In this document: positions 49,779-60,700 of the stretch, piece after piece | Numbering within the stretch: position 1 is the first letter of the stretch | Layout: the number at the start of each line of letters is the position of its first letter | NCBI GenBank assembly: GCA_964234715.1 | Contig: OZ174280.1 | Direction: 5' to 3' (one strand) | From: Podarcis melisellensis | Taxonomy: Eukaryota | DNA length: 64,000 nucleotides | Program-made: the position numbers and the translations under genes | Notes under the pieces: model-generated | What the model saw: only the letters and a program-made list of their open reading frames with translations | Told to the model about the DNA's origin: nothing | Databases searched by the model: none

Positions 49779-50320
49779 TAATGGTGAATTCATTTTGGAT
49801 ACCAAACCTGAGGGCTTCTAAGAGTCTGAATTCCAGGGGGAAGAGAAGACAGTTTTAATTGTGCACTGGAAACTGGGGCTTTATCTGTAGTGAAATGGAA
49901 TCTCTAGATATGGGGCACACTGTAATGCATGCCCACTTAGTGAAACTTGAGGCCTAGTTTGCATGTCATGGTAAGCCACTAACTATGAGCAGTAGCCAAG
50001 GTTTAGTCTGGTTTGGGTGGTACAAGAGGTACAAGACTAAAAAATAAATCAGGGAGCAGCAAAGTGGCTGTGCATCTCTTCCTGCAGGTTTGTTTTTTTT
50101 AATGCTATGTTTTTATGTTGTGACAGTGACTGGCCCTAAGTCACCCAGTGAGCCTCATGGCTGGGGGTGGGGGGGAGGTTGGAGCCCTCCTTTTCCAGGC
50201 CAAAGTTTGACTGAGTCTCTCCCCAGATTATGTGAGTGATCTCATGGGCCTGCAGAGTGACTATCTTGTCAACTTCTTCCGCCTGATGAAACGATGTTCT
50301 TTTCCTCCCCTTAATTCCAG

Positions 50321-51145
50321 GGATTGGGCCAGTTCTGGGCCTAGTGTTTGTGCCACTCATCGGTTCCGCCAGCGACCAATGGCATAGCAGCTATGGCCGC
50401 CGCCGCCCTTTCATCTGGGTCCTGTGTCTGGGAGTTTTACTGAGCCTTCTGATCATCCCTCATGCACAACGACTGGCCAGCCTCATTGCCTTGGATACCC
50501 GATCCCTGGAGATCGCCTTCCTTATAACGGGCATTGGCCTGCTTGACTTCTGTGGCCAAGTCTGCTTCACCCCTCTGGAGGCTCTCCTCTCCGATCTCTT
50601 CAAGGAGCCCGACAACTGCCGGCAGGCCTTCGCTATGTACTCTTTCATGGTTAGCCTGGGAGGCTGCATTGGGTACCTGCTGCCGGCAATTGACTGGGAC
50701 AGTAGCTTCCTGGCTCCTTACCTGGGGAGGCAGGAGGAGTGCCTCTTCAGCCTCCTCACCATCATCTTCCTCAGCTGCGTCTTGGCCACTGCCTTTGTCA
50801 CGGAGGAAGTGGTAGCTCAGGTAGAAGTGCTGGCAGGCCCTGCAATGAAGGATTCCTCCAAGTCCCCGCCTCTGGCCTGCTGCTCTTGCTGTCTTCCAAA
50901 GAACTTTCTGAGGACCAGGCATCTGGTCCAGGCCTTCAGGAGCCTTTGCGCCTTAGCCCCACGCCTGCACGGAGTCTGCTGCCGCATCCCCAAGGTCATC
51001 CGGCAACTTTTTGTGGCCGAGTTGTGCAGCTGGATGGCCCTCATGACCTTCATGCTGTTCTACACGGACTTTGTTGGGGAAGGACTGTATCAGGGAGTTC
51101 CCAGAGCTGAGCCAGGCACAGAAGCCAGGCGACACTATGATGAAG
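50321..51145 (+). CDS. SLC45A3: SLC45A3 coding exon 2 (GIGPVLGLVFVP...RRHYDE-G)
   Basis: Acceptor ttaattccag|gg; SUT/SLC45 motif SDQWHSSYGRRRPFIW, plus LLDFCGQVCFTPLEALLSD and FYTDFVGEGLYQG; donor G|GTAAT at 51146; 825 nt keeps frame. Confidence 0.97.
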
Positions 51146-52154
51146 GTAATTTGATTTCTTGGGGGGGGGGGTCAATGTTTTATGCTTATGTCCTTCCAAT
51201 ACAGCAACTTTCAGTACCTAGTCCTAGACCCTTTGAATTATGCAACAGGAAAACTCTTTCTCTTACCTCTGATAACTTATGCAAGAAAAGCAGACTTTCA
51301 TAAAGTTACCCTTTCTATTTACTGCAAATTCTTGGTTCTTGCTCAACGTGGGATTCTTTTGGAAGGAGGCAGGAAGTGGAGGGAAAGAGGAATGGATGGT
51401 GGAATGAGGCCAGCTGGTTTCAGTGTGGTCCTGTGATAGTGTTGGCTCTAGATCTGGGAAACCAAGTTCTAAAACCTTATTCAGCAGTGCAGTTGCTGAA
51501 TTTCCCTGGGTTAGCGATCATCCTTATAGCCTGAATTCCCCCGCTGTGTTATAAAGGAATCTTTTCCCCACCCCAAACTTCTAAAGACAGGTTTAACCCC
51601 CCCCCCAAAAAAAACCCTGGGAGACTCATTGGCCTGTATAGTCATTTCTATGCGTGACAAGAGCAAAGTTGGGGGATGGGAAATATGTGGCCCTCTAGGT
51701 GTCCTCTGCAATTGGCCATGTTAGTTGGGGCTGATGGAAGTTGGAGCCCCAGTAACATATGAAGGGCCACAGGTTCCCTGTTCCTGGTCTATGTGATGTG
51801 AAAGAGAAGAGCTCAAAAGCATACGATGTGCTAGCCACATGCAACTTGAGACTATCTTTCTGCAACCACTGTCTTGTTAAGATCCTATCAGGAGCGAACT
51901 TTGGTAATCTTTTACAATATGGTGCCCTGTGCTAAACCAAAATTTGGTGCCCTCCAAATGGATCTTTGCAGTTGTGGATCTTCGCAATTTTGTGTCCTCT
52001 CAGCTTGGCACCTTGTGCGGTGAACTGTCCACGGTGCCCTAAATCTGGCACCAATCCTATGACCCCCCCATGTGGTGGTGGGGAAAGACACCATTCTCAT
52101 TTGTACAAGAGAGTTGTGGGTGTGCCTTGTACAGAGTAATACTAGATCAGAGTA

Positions 52155-52396
52155 CAGTGGTACCTCGGGTTACATACGCTTCAGGTTACATACGCTTCAG
52201 GTTACAGACTCCGCTAACCCAGAAATAGTGCTTCAGAATAAGAACTTTGCTTCAGGGTGAGAACAGAAATCATGCTCCAGCGGCATGGCAGCAGCAGGAG
52301 GCCTCATTAGCTAAAGTGGTGCTTCAGGTTAAGAACAGTTTCAGGTTAAGTACGGACCTCCGGAACGAATTAAGTACTTAACCCGAGGTACCACTG
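52155..52396. mobile_element. Tigger/pogo-like MITE (same family as 5178)
   Basis: TIR CAGTGGTACCTCGGGTTA / TAACCCGAGGTACCACTG with TA TSD. Confidence 0.92.
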
Positions 52397-52408
52397 TACT
52401 AGGTACTA

Positions 52409-52762
52409 GGACGCGGGTGGCACTGTGGGTAAAACCTCAGTGCCTAGGACTTGCCGATCGCATGGTCGGTGGTTCGAATCCCCGCGGCGGGGTGCGCTCC
52501 CGTCGTTTGGTCCCAGCGCCTGCCAACCTAGCAGTTCGAAAGCACCCCCGGGTGCAAGTAGATAAATAGGGACCGCTTACCAGCGGGAAGGTAAACAGCG
52601 TTCCGTGTGCTGCGCTGGTTCGCCAGATGCAGCTTGTCACGCTGGCCACGTGACCTGGAAGTGTCTGTGGACAGCGCTGGCTCCCGGCCTATAGAGTGAG
52701 ATGAGCGCACAACCATAGAGTCTGGCAAGACTGGCCCATACGGGCAGGGGTACCTTTACCTT
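52409..52762 (+). mobile_element. Sauria SINE (second subfamily)
   Basis: GGACGCGGGTGGCACTGTGGGT head and (ACCTTT)n tail; TSD TACCACTGTACTA 52389-52401 / 52763-52775. Confidence 0.92.
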
Positions 52763-54159
52763 TACCACTGTACTACTGAACTAGGTCCGCAGTAGGACCA
52801 AGTAGAATAGTAATGACTGAATCTTGGACAGAAGTATATTTATTATCTTGCAAACCAAGACCATTTTTGCAATGAAGAGGACTGAGCCAGGGACCTCATA
52901 TGTACAAAGCTGTACAGCTTTTTAATTGCACTTAACTAAAGCATGAAATATAGCTGCCATCCTCCAGTACGTAAGGTCACTCCTATGGAGCATATTCTCT
53001 GCTCAGTAAATTCATTTGCTGACCTGGGCTCCTTTGGGAAGAAAGATGGTATATCAGATTAATAATGAATAAGCAAAATTGCCTTTCGTAAGAGCAGCTT
53101 TGGACATTATTTTGCCATGAAAGCTCCCTGTGGAGGTTAATAAGGAAATCTGGAGTGTTAGCATCTCAAAAGGAATTCAGCATTTCTTCTGCAGACTTCC
53201 CCAAGCTGGTATTCTCCAGACATTTTAAACTACAACTCCCATCAGCTCTAGCTAGATTCCCTTTTATGTTGCATGGACTTTGGAGACCAGCAAGGAGCAA
53301 AGCCAGAGATAGCCAATTTGCTGGCCTCCAGATCTTACTGGGGCACAACAGCTATCATCACTGGCTACGTTGGCTCTGGCCAAAGGGAGTTGTGGGCAAA
53401 CATCATGCAGAGAACACCTGTTGGGTACCCCTGATCTATTGCCTCTTCTCCTTAGCTTAAAAAGGTGCTTTGGTAATAGGCTTTCTTGAATACTTCTGCT
53501 AAAGCTACTTGGCCCCTTGCCTACCTGTTGTTCTCATATAATAGTTCATTTCAAGGTCTGGGTGACCCAGCTTAAATGTAAGTAATATTTAACATTTATA
53601 TCCTGGTGGTGCCTTTGAGGCTCTGCAGAATTGGAAGGTCAATTGTGTACACACAATGATGCTCAACAATCTCAGAGCCATGGCCAATGTCAAGTTGTTT
53701 TATGGGAAATGCATAAAGGAAAGTCCAAGTCTTCAGAGGACATTGTCCTATAAACTAATAAACAAATCTGTGGATGTCTTGGACTATACTTACCTGCTTA
53801 AATGAACATGTTGACAAATCCTGTAACTGAAGTCTACTTAGGCCTGACTTACTGCATGTAGGTTATCTGTTGGTTCTGCCAAGAGGAGTGACATATGTCT
53901 TCTGGACTCTGTGCTGGCCCTTCCTGAAGCATATTTCGGTTTTAATGCATTCATATTTTTATCCTGCCCACCTCTTAATTGTGAAATCGGAACTTCTATA
54001 CAGGAACAGCTAAGAAATGCTTCTTAAAAATTGATAAGACTAAAAGCTGAACTAGCACTCAAAGCATTGCAGCTATTTGCCTTTATGAACCTGGCTATCT
54101 TGTTCATCTGGCCCCTGGTTCTTCTCCATTTCACCCAATGTACACACGTCTCTTCTCAG

Positions 54160-54425
54160 GGATTCGAATGGGTAGCCTGGGCCTCTTTCTCCAGTGCATC
54201 ATCTCCATCATCTTCTCGACAATCATGGACCGGATGGTGAAGCAGTTTGGGACACGAATGGTCTACCTAGCCAGTGTGGCCTTATTCCCGCTGATGGCCA
54301 TCATCATGTGCTTCTCTCAGAGTGTTGTCATCGTCACTGTTTCTGCCGCCCTGACAGGCTTCCCTTTCTCAGTGCTGCAGATCTTGCCGTACACACTGGC
54401 ATCGCTTTATCATCATGAAAAACAG
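54160..54425 (+). CDS. SLC45A3: SLC45A3 coding exon 3 (GIRMGSLGLFLQC...ASLYHHEKQ)
   Basis: Acceptor tcttctcag|g; donor CAG|GTGGG at 54426; 266 nt, phase 1 to 0; sequence matches prostein C-terminal TM helices. Confidence 0.96.
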
Positions 54426-54515
54426 GTGGGGATGTGTATGTATATGTGTGTGTGAGAGAGAAAGTCCAGAGAGTCTTGACCAAAGTGGTTTTAATAGGGC
54501 CTAACAACTATGTGA

Positions 54516-54849
54516 GGGACGCAGGTGGCGCTGTGGGTTAAACCACAGAGCCTAGGACTTTCTGATCAGAAGGTTGGCGGTTCAAATCCCCACAACGGGG
54601 TGAGCTCCCATTGCTCGGTCCCAGCTCCTGCCAACATAGCATTTTGAAAGCACGTCAACGTGCAAGTAGATAAATAGGTACCGCTCCAGCGGGAAGGTAA
54701 ACGGCATTTCCGTGCGCTGCTCTGGTTTGCCAGAAGCGGCTTAGTCATGCCCGGAAGCTGTACGCTGGCTCCCTCGGCCAATAAAGCGAGATGAGCGCCG
54801 CAACCCCAGAGTCGGTCATGACTGGACCTAATGGTGAGGTGTCCCTTTA
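54516..54849 (+). mobile_element. Sauria SINE
   Basis: GGGACGCAGGTGGCGCTG head; perfect 16-bp TSD CCTAACAACTATGTGA (54500-54515 / 54850-54865). Confidence 0.95.
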
Positions 54850-55302
54850 CCTAACAACTATGTGACTCATGTCTCTGAGCCATTTACATCTTGGGATAGA
54901 TCAGCCTTCTTTTTTTGCTCCAGTAGTGGTAGTGAAGATTGAATAATCCATTGGTTTTTAAAGCAGGAGTGGGGAACATTTGGTCCTCCAGATGTTTCTG
55001 AGCTCCTACTTTCATTAGCCCTAGCAAGCAAGGACAATGGTCAGGGATGATGGCAGCTGCCTTTTACAGCGAGATTCTCAATGACCTCGATGGGGTGCTT
55101 CCGGCCTGGGCATCAAATGTGGCCCTCTATTTCTGTCTATCAGGACCTTGGGGTTCTCACTTGCCAAAACCCCCTCCCCAGGCAACACCCCCATTGGCCT
55201 TGCTCTGTGCCCTCTTAAGGGGCTTTTGCCTGTCTAGAAGGTCACCCTGGACTGTGATATGGGATAATGACTCTTGCTTGCTTAAATGGAGGAGTGTGTA
55301 TA

Positions 55303-55536
55303 CAGTCATACCACGGAGGTCGAACGGAATCCATTCGACTTCCAAAACGTTCGGGAACCAAGGCGCAGCTTCTGTTTGGCTGCAGGAAGCTCCTACAGCC
55401 AGTTGGAAGCTATGGAAGCTGCGATTGACATTTGGGTTCCAAAGAATGTTCACAAACCAGAATCACTTCCGGGTTTGCTGCGTTCGGGAGCCAAAATGTT
55501 TGTCTTGCAAGGCGTTCGACTTCCGAGGTACGACTG
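55303..55536. mobile_element. Tigger-like MITE
   Basis: CAGTCATACCACGGAGGTCGAACG / CGTTCGACTTCCGAGGTACGACTG inverted ends; left TA. Confidence 0.8.
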
Positions 55537-55986
55537 TCTGTGGAAATCTCTGAATTTTGTGCTGACAGGATGTTTACTTAGCTCTGCGTTGGATGCAAGC
55601 CATAATCCAATGTTTTAATAATTCTAACTATATTACACTCTCACTATAATCGTGTTAAACAGTTGTTACAATGCTTACATGTCACTGTATTACCTAATTG
55701 TCGTGCTATTAAGTGATATAATTACAGTATTGTTCATCTTGTTCAGGTTGTGCTGGAGGCAGATGTCCCTCTCCTTACTGAGTTATCCCCCTCTTGGGAG
55801 AATGTTACTGCTCTCTAAGCTTCTTCCTCCTTTGCCTGTTGTCAACCCTTTGTGTCTATTTCCATCGTTTGTTTGTTTTTGCTTCGCCTCTTTTCCCAAG
55901 TGAGTTACTCCATAACAGCTGCTAGCCCAGTGTTGTGAGAGCCTTCAGACTAAACATCTCTGAAGCTTCATGCTCACAAGCCGTGT

Positions 55987-56028
55987 CAGATACTACGCTT
56001 GATCTTAGCCAAAAGGCCAAGTAGTGTT
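55987..56028 (-). pseudogene. U2 snRNA 5' fragment (nt ~1-42) retrocopy
   Basis: 37/42 match to the reverse complement of U2 ATCGCTTCTCGGCCTTTTGGCTAAGATCAAGTGTAGTATCTG; flanked by a degenerate 14-bp direct repeat. Confidence 0.88.
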
Positions 56029-56638
56029 ACGAGTCATGTCAGTCAGTTCCATTTCACGCACTCTGTTGAATCATGCTGAAAATACCATTGAGCAAGGAAC
56101 ACTATCATTTTTTTCTAACTGGTTGACTTCAGGTAGCACCTATTTGATGCAGTTAGTGAAACACTCTTAAAAGACACCATTCCCCCTCCCTCTGTTCTCC
56201 AAATGGTTATGGATCTATTTGGACTTTGGAGTTGGTCTTAGCTGGGGAAAGATTAGATTGTCTCTTACGCCTTGTTTTAAGTCCTTGTTCCAACAGACTG
56301 CTGCTGCTCACCAACTCAGCCGCCATCTTCTATAGTCTGGGTCTTCTTCAATTTCTGCTAATGATGTGTCAAAAGAGAAGTATTTTGCTGCTGCTGCTGC
56401 AGCCACAAAAGTGCTGCCTTCTACAAGGTGTTGCTCTGTACAACACTGGCCCTGTTTTAACTGCACAGCCCTTAAACGGGTTGTATTTTCCATGTATTTG
56501 GAACTGAAGTGAACTCCCGTTTCCATCAAGCACTGATCATTTTCTGCCTAGTCTGTAGCAAATTTCACATTCTGTTGCGCTCAATGTTGTTGTAGGGCTG
56601 CATTACAGCACCTTACCTTTCCCCCCCGTCCATTTCAG

Positions 56639-57073
56639 ATATACTTGCCCAAATATAAAAGTAAAGAAGACGACGCAGCTCAGCTGGAGAAGAAACACGG
56701 CTTCCTCAAGAGCCACCTTCCTGGACAAAAAGTGACCTACCAGAATGGACACGGCGGAAGCCTTTTCTCCCCGCCTGTCGCAGGCTCGGCTCTGTGCGTC
56801 AGCTCGCCCTGTGAGGTCTCTCTCATCATGATGGTGGGAGACTCGGACACAGCAGCAGCAGCAAGTCGAGGCATCTGTTCGGACTTGGCCATCCTGGACA
56901 GTGCATTCCTTCTTTCTCAGGTCATCCCCTCCCTCCTCATGGGCTCCCTTGTCCAGTTCACGCAGTCCGTCACCGCTTACATGGCATCAGCCACTGGCTT
57001 TGGCCTGGTGGCCATTTACTTTGCAACCAAAGTGATCTTCGACAAAAGTGACATGGCCAAGTACTCTGTGTAG
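56639..57073 (+). CDS. SLC45A3: SLC45A3 last coding exon (IYLPKYK...FDKSDMAKYSV*)
   Basis: Acceptor catttcag|ata; DLAILDSAFLLSQ motif and FDKSD.AKYS C-terminus; TAG stop at 57071-57073. Confidence 0.96.
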   Translation: MYLPKYKSKEDDAAQLEKKHGFLKSHLPGQKVTYQNGHGGSLFSPPVAGSALCVSSPCEVSLIMMVGDSDTAAAASRGICSDLAILDSAFLLSQVIPSLLMGSLVQFTQSVTAYMASATGFGLVAIYFATKVIFDKSDMAKYSV

Positions 57074-59419
57074 GAGGGGGAAAGGCTGCCGATTTCGCAC
57101 ATTGAAACGGGTCAACCAAGAAGAGTCAAGTGGTGCACATTGCGGCCTCTTTCTCCCTGCCAGGTTGTGATGTAATGAGACGTGCAAAAAACAGAAAAAG
57201 AAACCCGGCTCCCTCTGGTTGAAGGAAAAGCAGTGCTAGGCTGATCTCAGGGTATCTAATGAAAGGGAGTCTGGTTTACTGTTGTCTGTTTCTCCCTAAT
57301 GCCTTCATTGAAGTGCCTCTGCACAGAAGCCTGCAGCAGACGCTTGCGGGTGTGAAAAGTAAAACGCCATCCTTTCTGCAACAGGGTACTTGCTCTGATA
57401 GCTTTGTCGCATGGCATGGCGGGATGGTGACACAGTTCAGGAAGGGACCAAAGCTGTAATTAACCTCACTTCTTAAGCCCCTGCTCACACCATTGCAAAT
57501 GGGAAGGGGGTGGGCGCTGAGCTGCATTTGCTGGACTCTCTCTCCAGAGCTGTGTGGCCTGCCAGCCCCAGCCCCAAGCTGTCTGAAGCAAGGGAGCCCG
57601 CTTGGCACGAGTAGGCTTTCAGCAGGATTCATTAACATCGCAGGCCCTGTGCTTCAGACATGGACACAATTGCCCTCGCAAGCCAATAGGACTTTAGTTG
57701 TGCCTTTAATACATTGCTGTTGCTTGGTCTTCATGTGGGAGTACTGAGTCGTCACACCCATGTAACATAACATTTTGGGTATTGGTGTGAACCGGGGGGG
57801 GGGGAGTTGTGAAGGAGATTGCGAATGGGCACATCTGTAGAAACAACCCCTTCCCCATAGTAGCTGTTCCAGATGTGCTGCAGGTCGGAACCCGAGATCA
57901 AGGTGGTATAAATAAGCTGAGCAGGGCTCCGTAGGAGGGGGCTTGTTTAGCAGAGGATGCTGTGGTTGAGCTGGCGGCAAGTCTGCAGTGGCGTGACGGA
58001 AATTAAAACCGTGGTCATCACCCGATACTTTCCCCTGTGTATGCCCCAAATAGAGCTTGCTGTTTGTGCAAACAGAGAGGCTCGCATAAACGTAGGTTGA
58101 CGAACATGCTCCTCTGGGGGAACCTGGCTTTAAGTGACTGACTGGCGCAAACACATTACACTACCTTCCACTGTGCAGTCCTGAAAAAAGAGGCCTAGTG
58201 TGCCAGCAAGGTTGAAAAAATAAAAACCTTGCTCCTGTTAAGGTGATGTGGCCAGCCTGGTTGTGCTAAAGGGCTCTGTGTTGTTGTTTTTTAAAGCACC
58301 ACCCAACTGTGTTTTTGTATACCACAAGGCAGGCTCTAGGCAGAGGTTTTTTCCAGTGTGTGATCCAGTATTTCTACCACCCAGATAGTGTAGAGGCTCT
58401 CCTTAGATTGAGCAAGCTATGCAAAGCAAACTGCTCTCTTTTTAAACATATTCTGTAGTTGTTGTCGTTGCTGCAAAGCAGTTTTCAATGAGCCGTTTGC
58501 AGAGCACCATGCAGTGCAGGCAGTTGTAACATGGAGAGTGTGGAAATTGCACATCCAGTACTGAAAAAGTTCAGGGAATGTAAAATTCTGCGATTGAGAA
58601 GCCAAACCCCTCCCCCCAAAGTAAGATACCGTGTCCTATTGGGTTCAAGAAATTTGAATGAAAAGAAGTTGCTGTAACTAGCTCAGGACCAAACTTGATA
58701 TGATGTTAATTATGTGAATTCAATTAAGGTGCACTTTGTGGGGGGTGGAGTGGGTGGGATTATATTACTAGCAGCCTCAAAGAAGCCAGTACAGTCTCTG
58801 GAGGGACCACTGTCTCTCTCCCTGCTGTGATCCTAACAAAAATTACCCCTCTAAAGCTCCTATTTATATGTCAGCGGAAACCTCTACTGGTGCTACAGGG
58901 AGCCTCCACCGGCACCAAAAACAAATTGCTAGGACAGGAGAAAAGCATCCTGTTCTCCCAGTTGTCTAGCAGATGCTCACGGGAAGCCTGAGAACATGAC
59001 TTGAGTGCAGTAGCACTCTTTCCTTATACTGGCCACCCCTGGGAGTTGTAATTCAGGGCCAAAGTTCTCCCCAACTTGGGCAGGGAGAGGCTCTGACACG
59101 CTCTTCTCCACTCCTGGATAACCCCATCTGCCTGAGTAAATGTGTGCATCCAGTTGCTCTACGTAGGCGCGTGTCAACCAGAGCGAAGGGGACATTTTCT
59201 TTAATTTGCCTCTTCCACATTCTTTCTCAGCCTATGGACTCGCCTAGTTGCTCTTGACCTTGACCTAACAGAAATGAATGGAGCGACGGCTTTCACCAGT
59301 TGCTGATGGCAGTTCCTGCTCAGGGTTTGGGAGGATGGGAGGGCTTATCTTACAAGCAACAACCCTCCCAACACCTGTGACACCTCTCCTCTCACAGCTA
59401 TTCTACAAACTCTCTAGGG

Positions 59420-59557
59420 CAGCGGTTCTCAACCTGTGGGTCCCCAGATGTTGTTGAACCTCAACTCCCATCACCCCTAGCTAGCAAGGCCAGAGCTCAG
59501 GGATGATGGGAGTTGTAGTCAAACAACATCTGGGGACCCACAGGTTGAGGACCGCTG
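59420..59557. mobile_element. hAT palindromic MITE in putative 3' UTR
   Basis: CAGCGGTTCTCAACCTGTGGG / CCCACAGGTTGAGGACCGCTG; perfect TSD CTCTAGGG. Confidence 0.92.
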
Positions 59558-60544
59558 CTCTAGGGAATCCTCGTTGATGGCTTAGGAACCCAGCATCTAG
59601 GTCAGGAATTTTCAGTCTTTTGAAATCAAGGACCCACCTTAAGCCCAAATGTGCAACGGAGGTCCCACTCCTTAATATTATCCCATTGCACTTGGTTCTC
59701 TTGCTGCTGTCATGCCCCACCTTAGTTCAGGCTGTGACCCAGGAGTGAGTCCCAACCCACCAGCTGAAGACTAGGGAGTCGAGGAAATGCGAGTGGTGCT
59801 AGCCAGGAAGCAGGTTTAGAGGACGAGCGCAAGCTGGGAAGTGGGAGAGGCTCCACTCCATCTCCAGTGTCAGGGGAGGGGTGTGTATGTATGTGTAAGA
59901 TGCGCCCACAACACTCTGGTGCACCCCTTCTAAGAAGAATGGCATGCTGTTACTGGGCAAGTAAGGGCGATGACTGTGCTTGGAAACTGGCATGAGTACA
60001 AATTGGAATAAATCAGATCAAGCTTTCCTCTTGGGGAATTGCACATTATGGGTGTGGTCCAAGTGATGGTTATAGATTACTATGTAGAAAAAAGTTTGAA
60101 GCTATTCGTACTAGAGGACACTGGCACCTGCAGCTAACAAGAGAGAGCCAAGGGCTTGAGGGATGGGTTTAGATGTGGGGCCATAAGGGCTGAGTCGAAT
60201 ATCCCAAGTAGAGCTTGTCACCCAAAACCTAAGCTTGAGCCAAAATGATACCTAAAAGCAGAGTCTTGCAATCTTGAGCACTTGCAAGTATATCAGATAT
60301 GGGGACTAGAGAAATGTCACTTGTGCCTGTATTCTGCAATATGAAACTTTGAAGCTATGTGCCATCCTTTTTGAGCCTCTTAATTTCCTGTTTCCTGGAA
60401 GCAATGAAATTTCTGTGGTTGTGCAGCTGGAAAAGAATATTTTGAAACTTATATCTGCCCAGGCTGCTGCTTTCTACCATATATATTTTTTGCATCTTAA
60501 TTTGGGAGGGAAGAGAATGTTGCTGTTTCTAACCCTGCCCCAAG

Positions 60545-60700
60545 ATGGATTAGAAGAATTTTACAGTTGGAAAGGACACTGCCTAGTCCAACACTGTCCA
60601 GTGCAGGAATCTTGCACTGCTGCATCCCTGGCAGAAGGTTGCCCAGCCTCTGCTTAAATGCTTCCTGTGAGGGAGACCTCTCTACCTCCCGGTCTGTTCT
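60545..60700 (-). mobile_element. CR1-type 3' fragment within the putative 3' UTR
   Basis: CTAGTCCAAC..GCAGGAATC..CCAGCCTCTGCTTAAATGCTTCC; reverse reads SPSQEAFKQRL. Confidence 0.6.

Noticed and set aside
51146-51303. ORF extension past HYDEG in the ORF track
   Set aside because: Read-through into intron after the conserved donor at 51146.
54516-54533. CTCF-like GCAGGTGGCGCTG in SINE head
   Set aside because: Lacks the 5' CCA of the motif; part of the SINE consensus.
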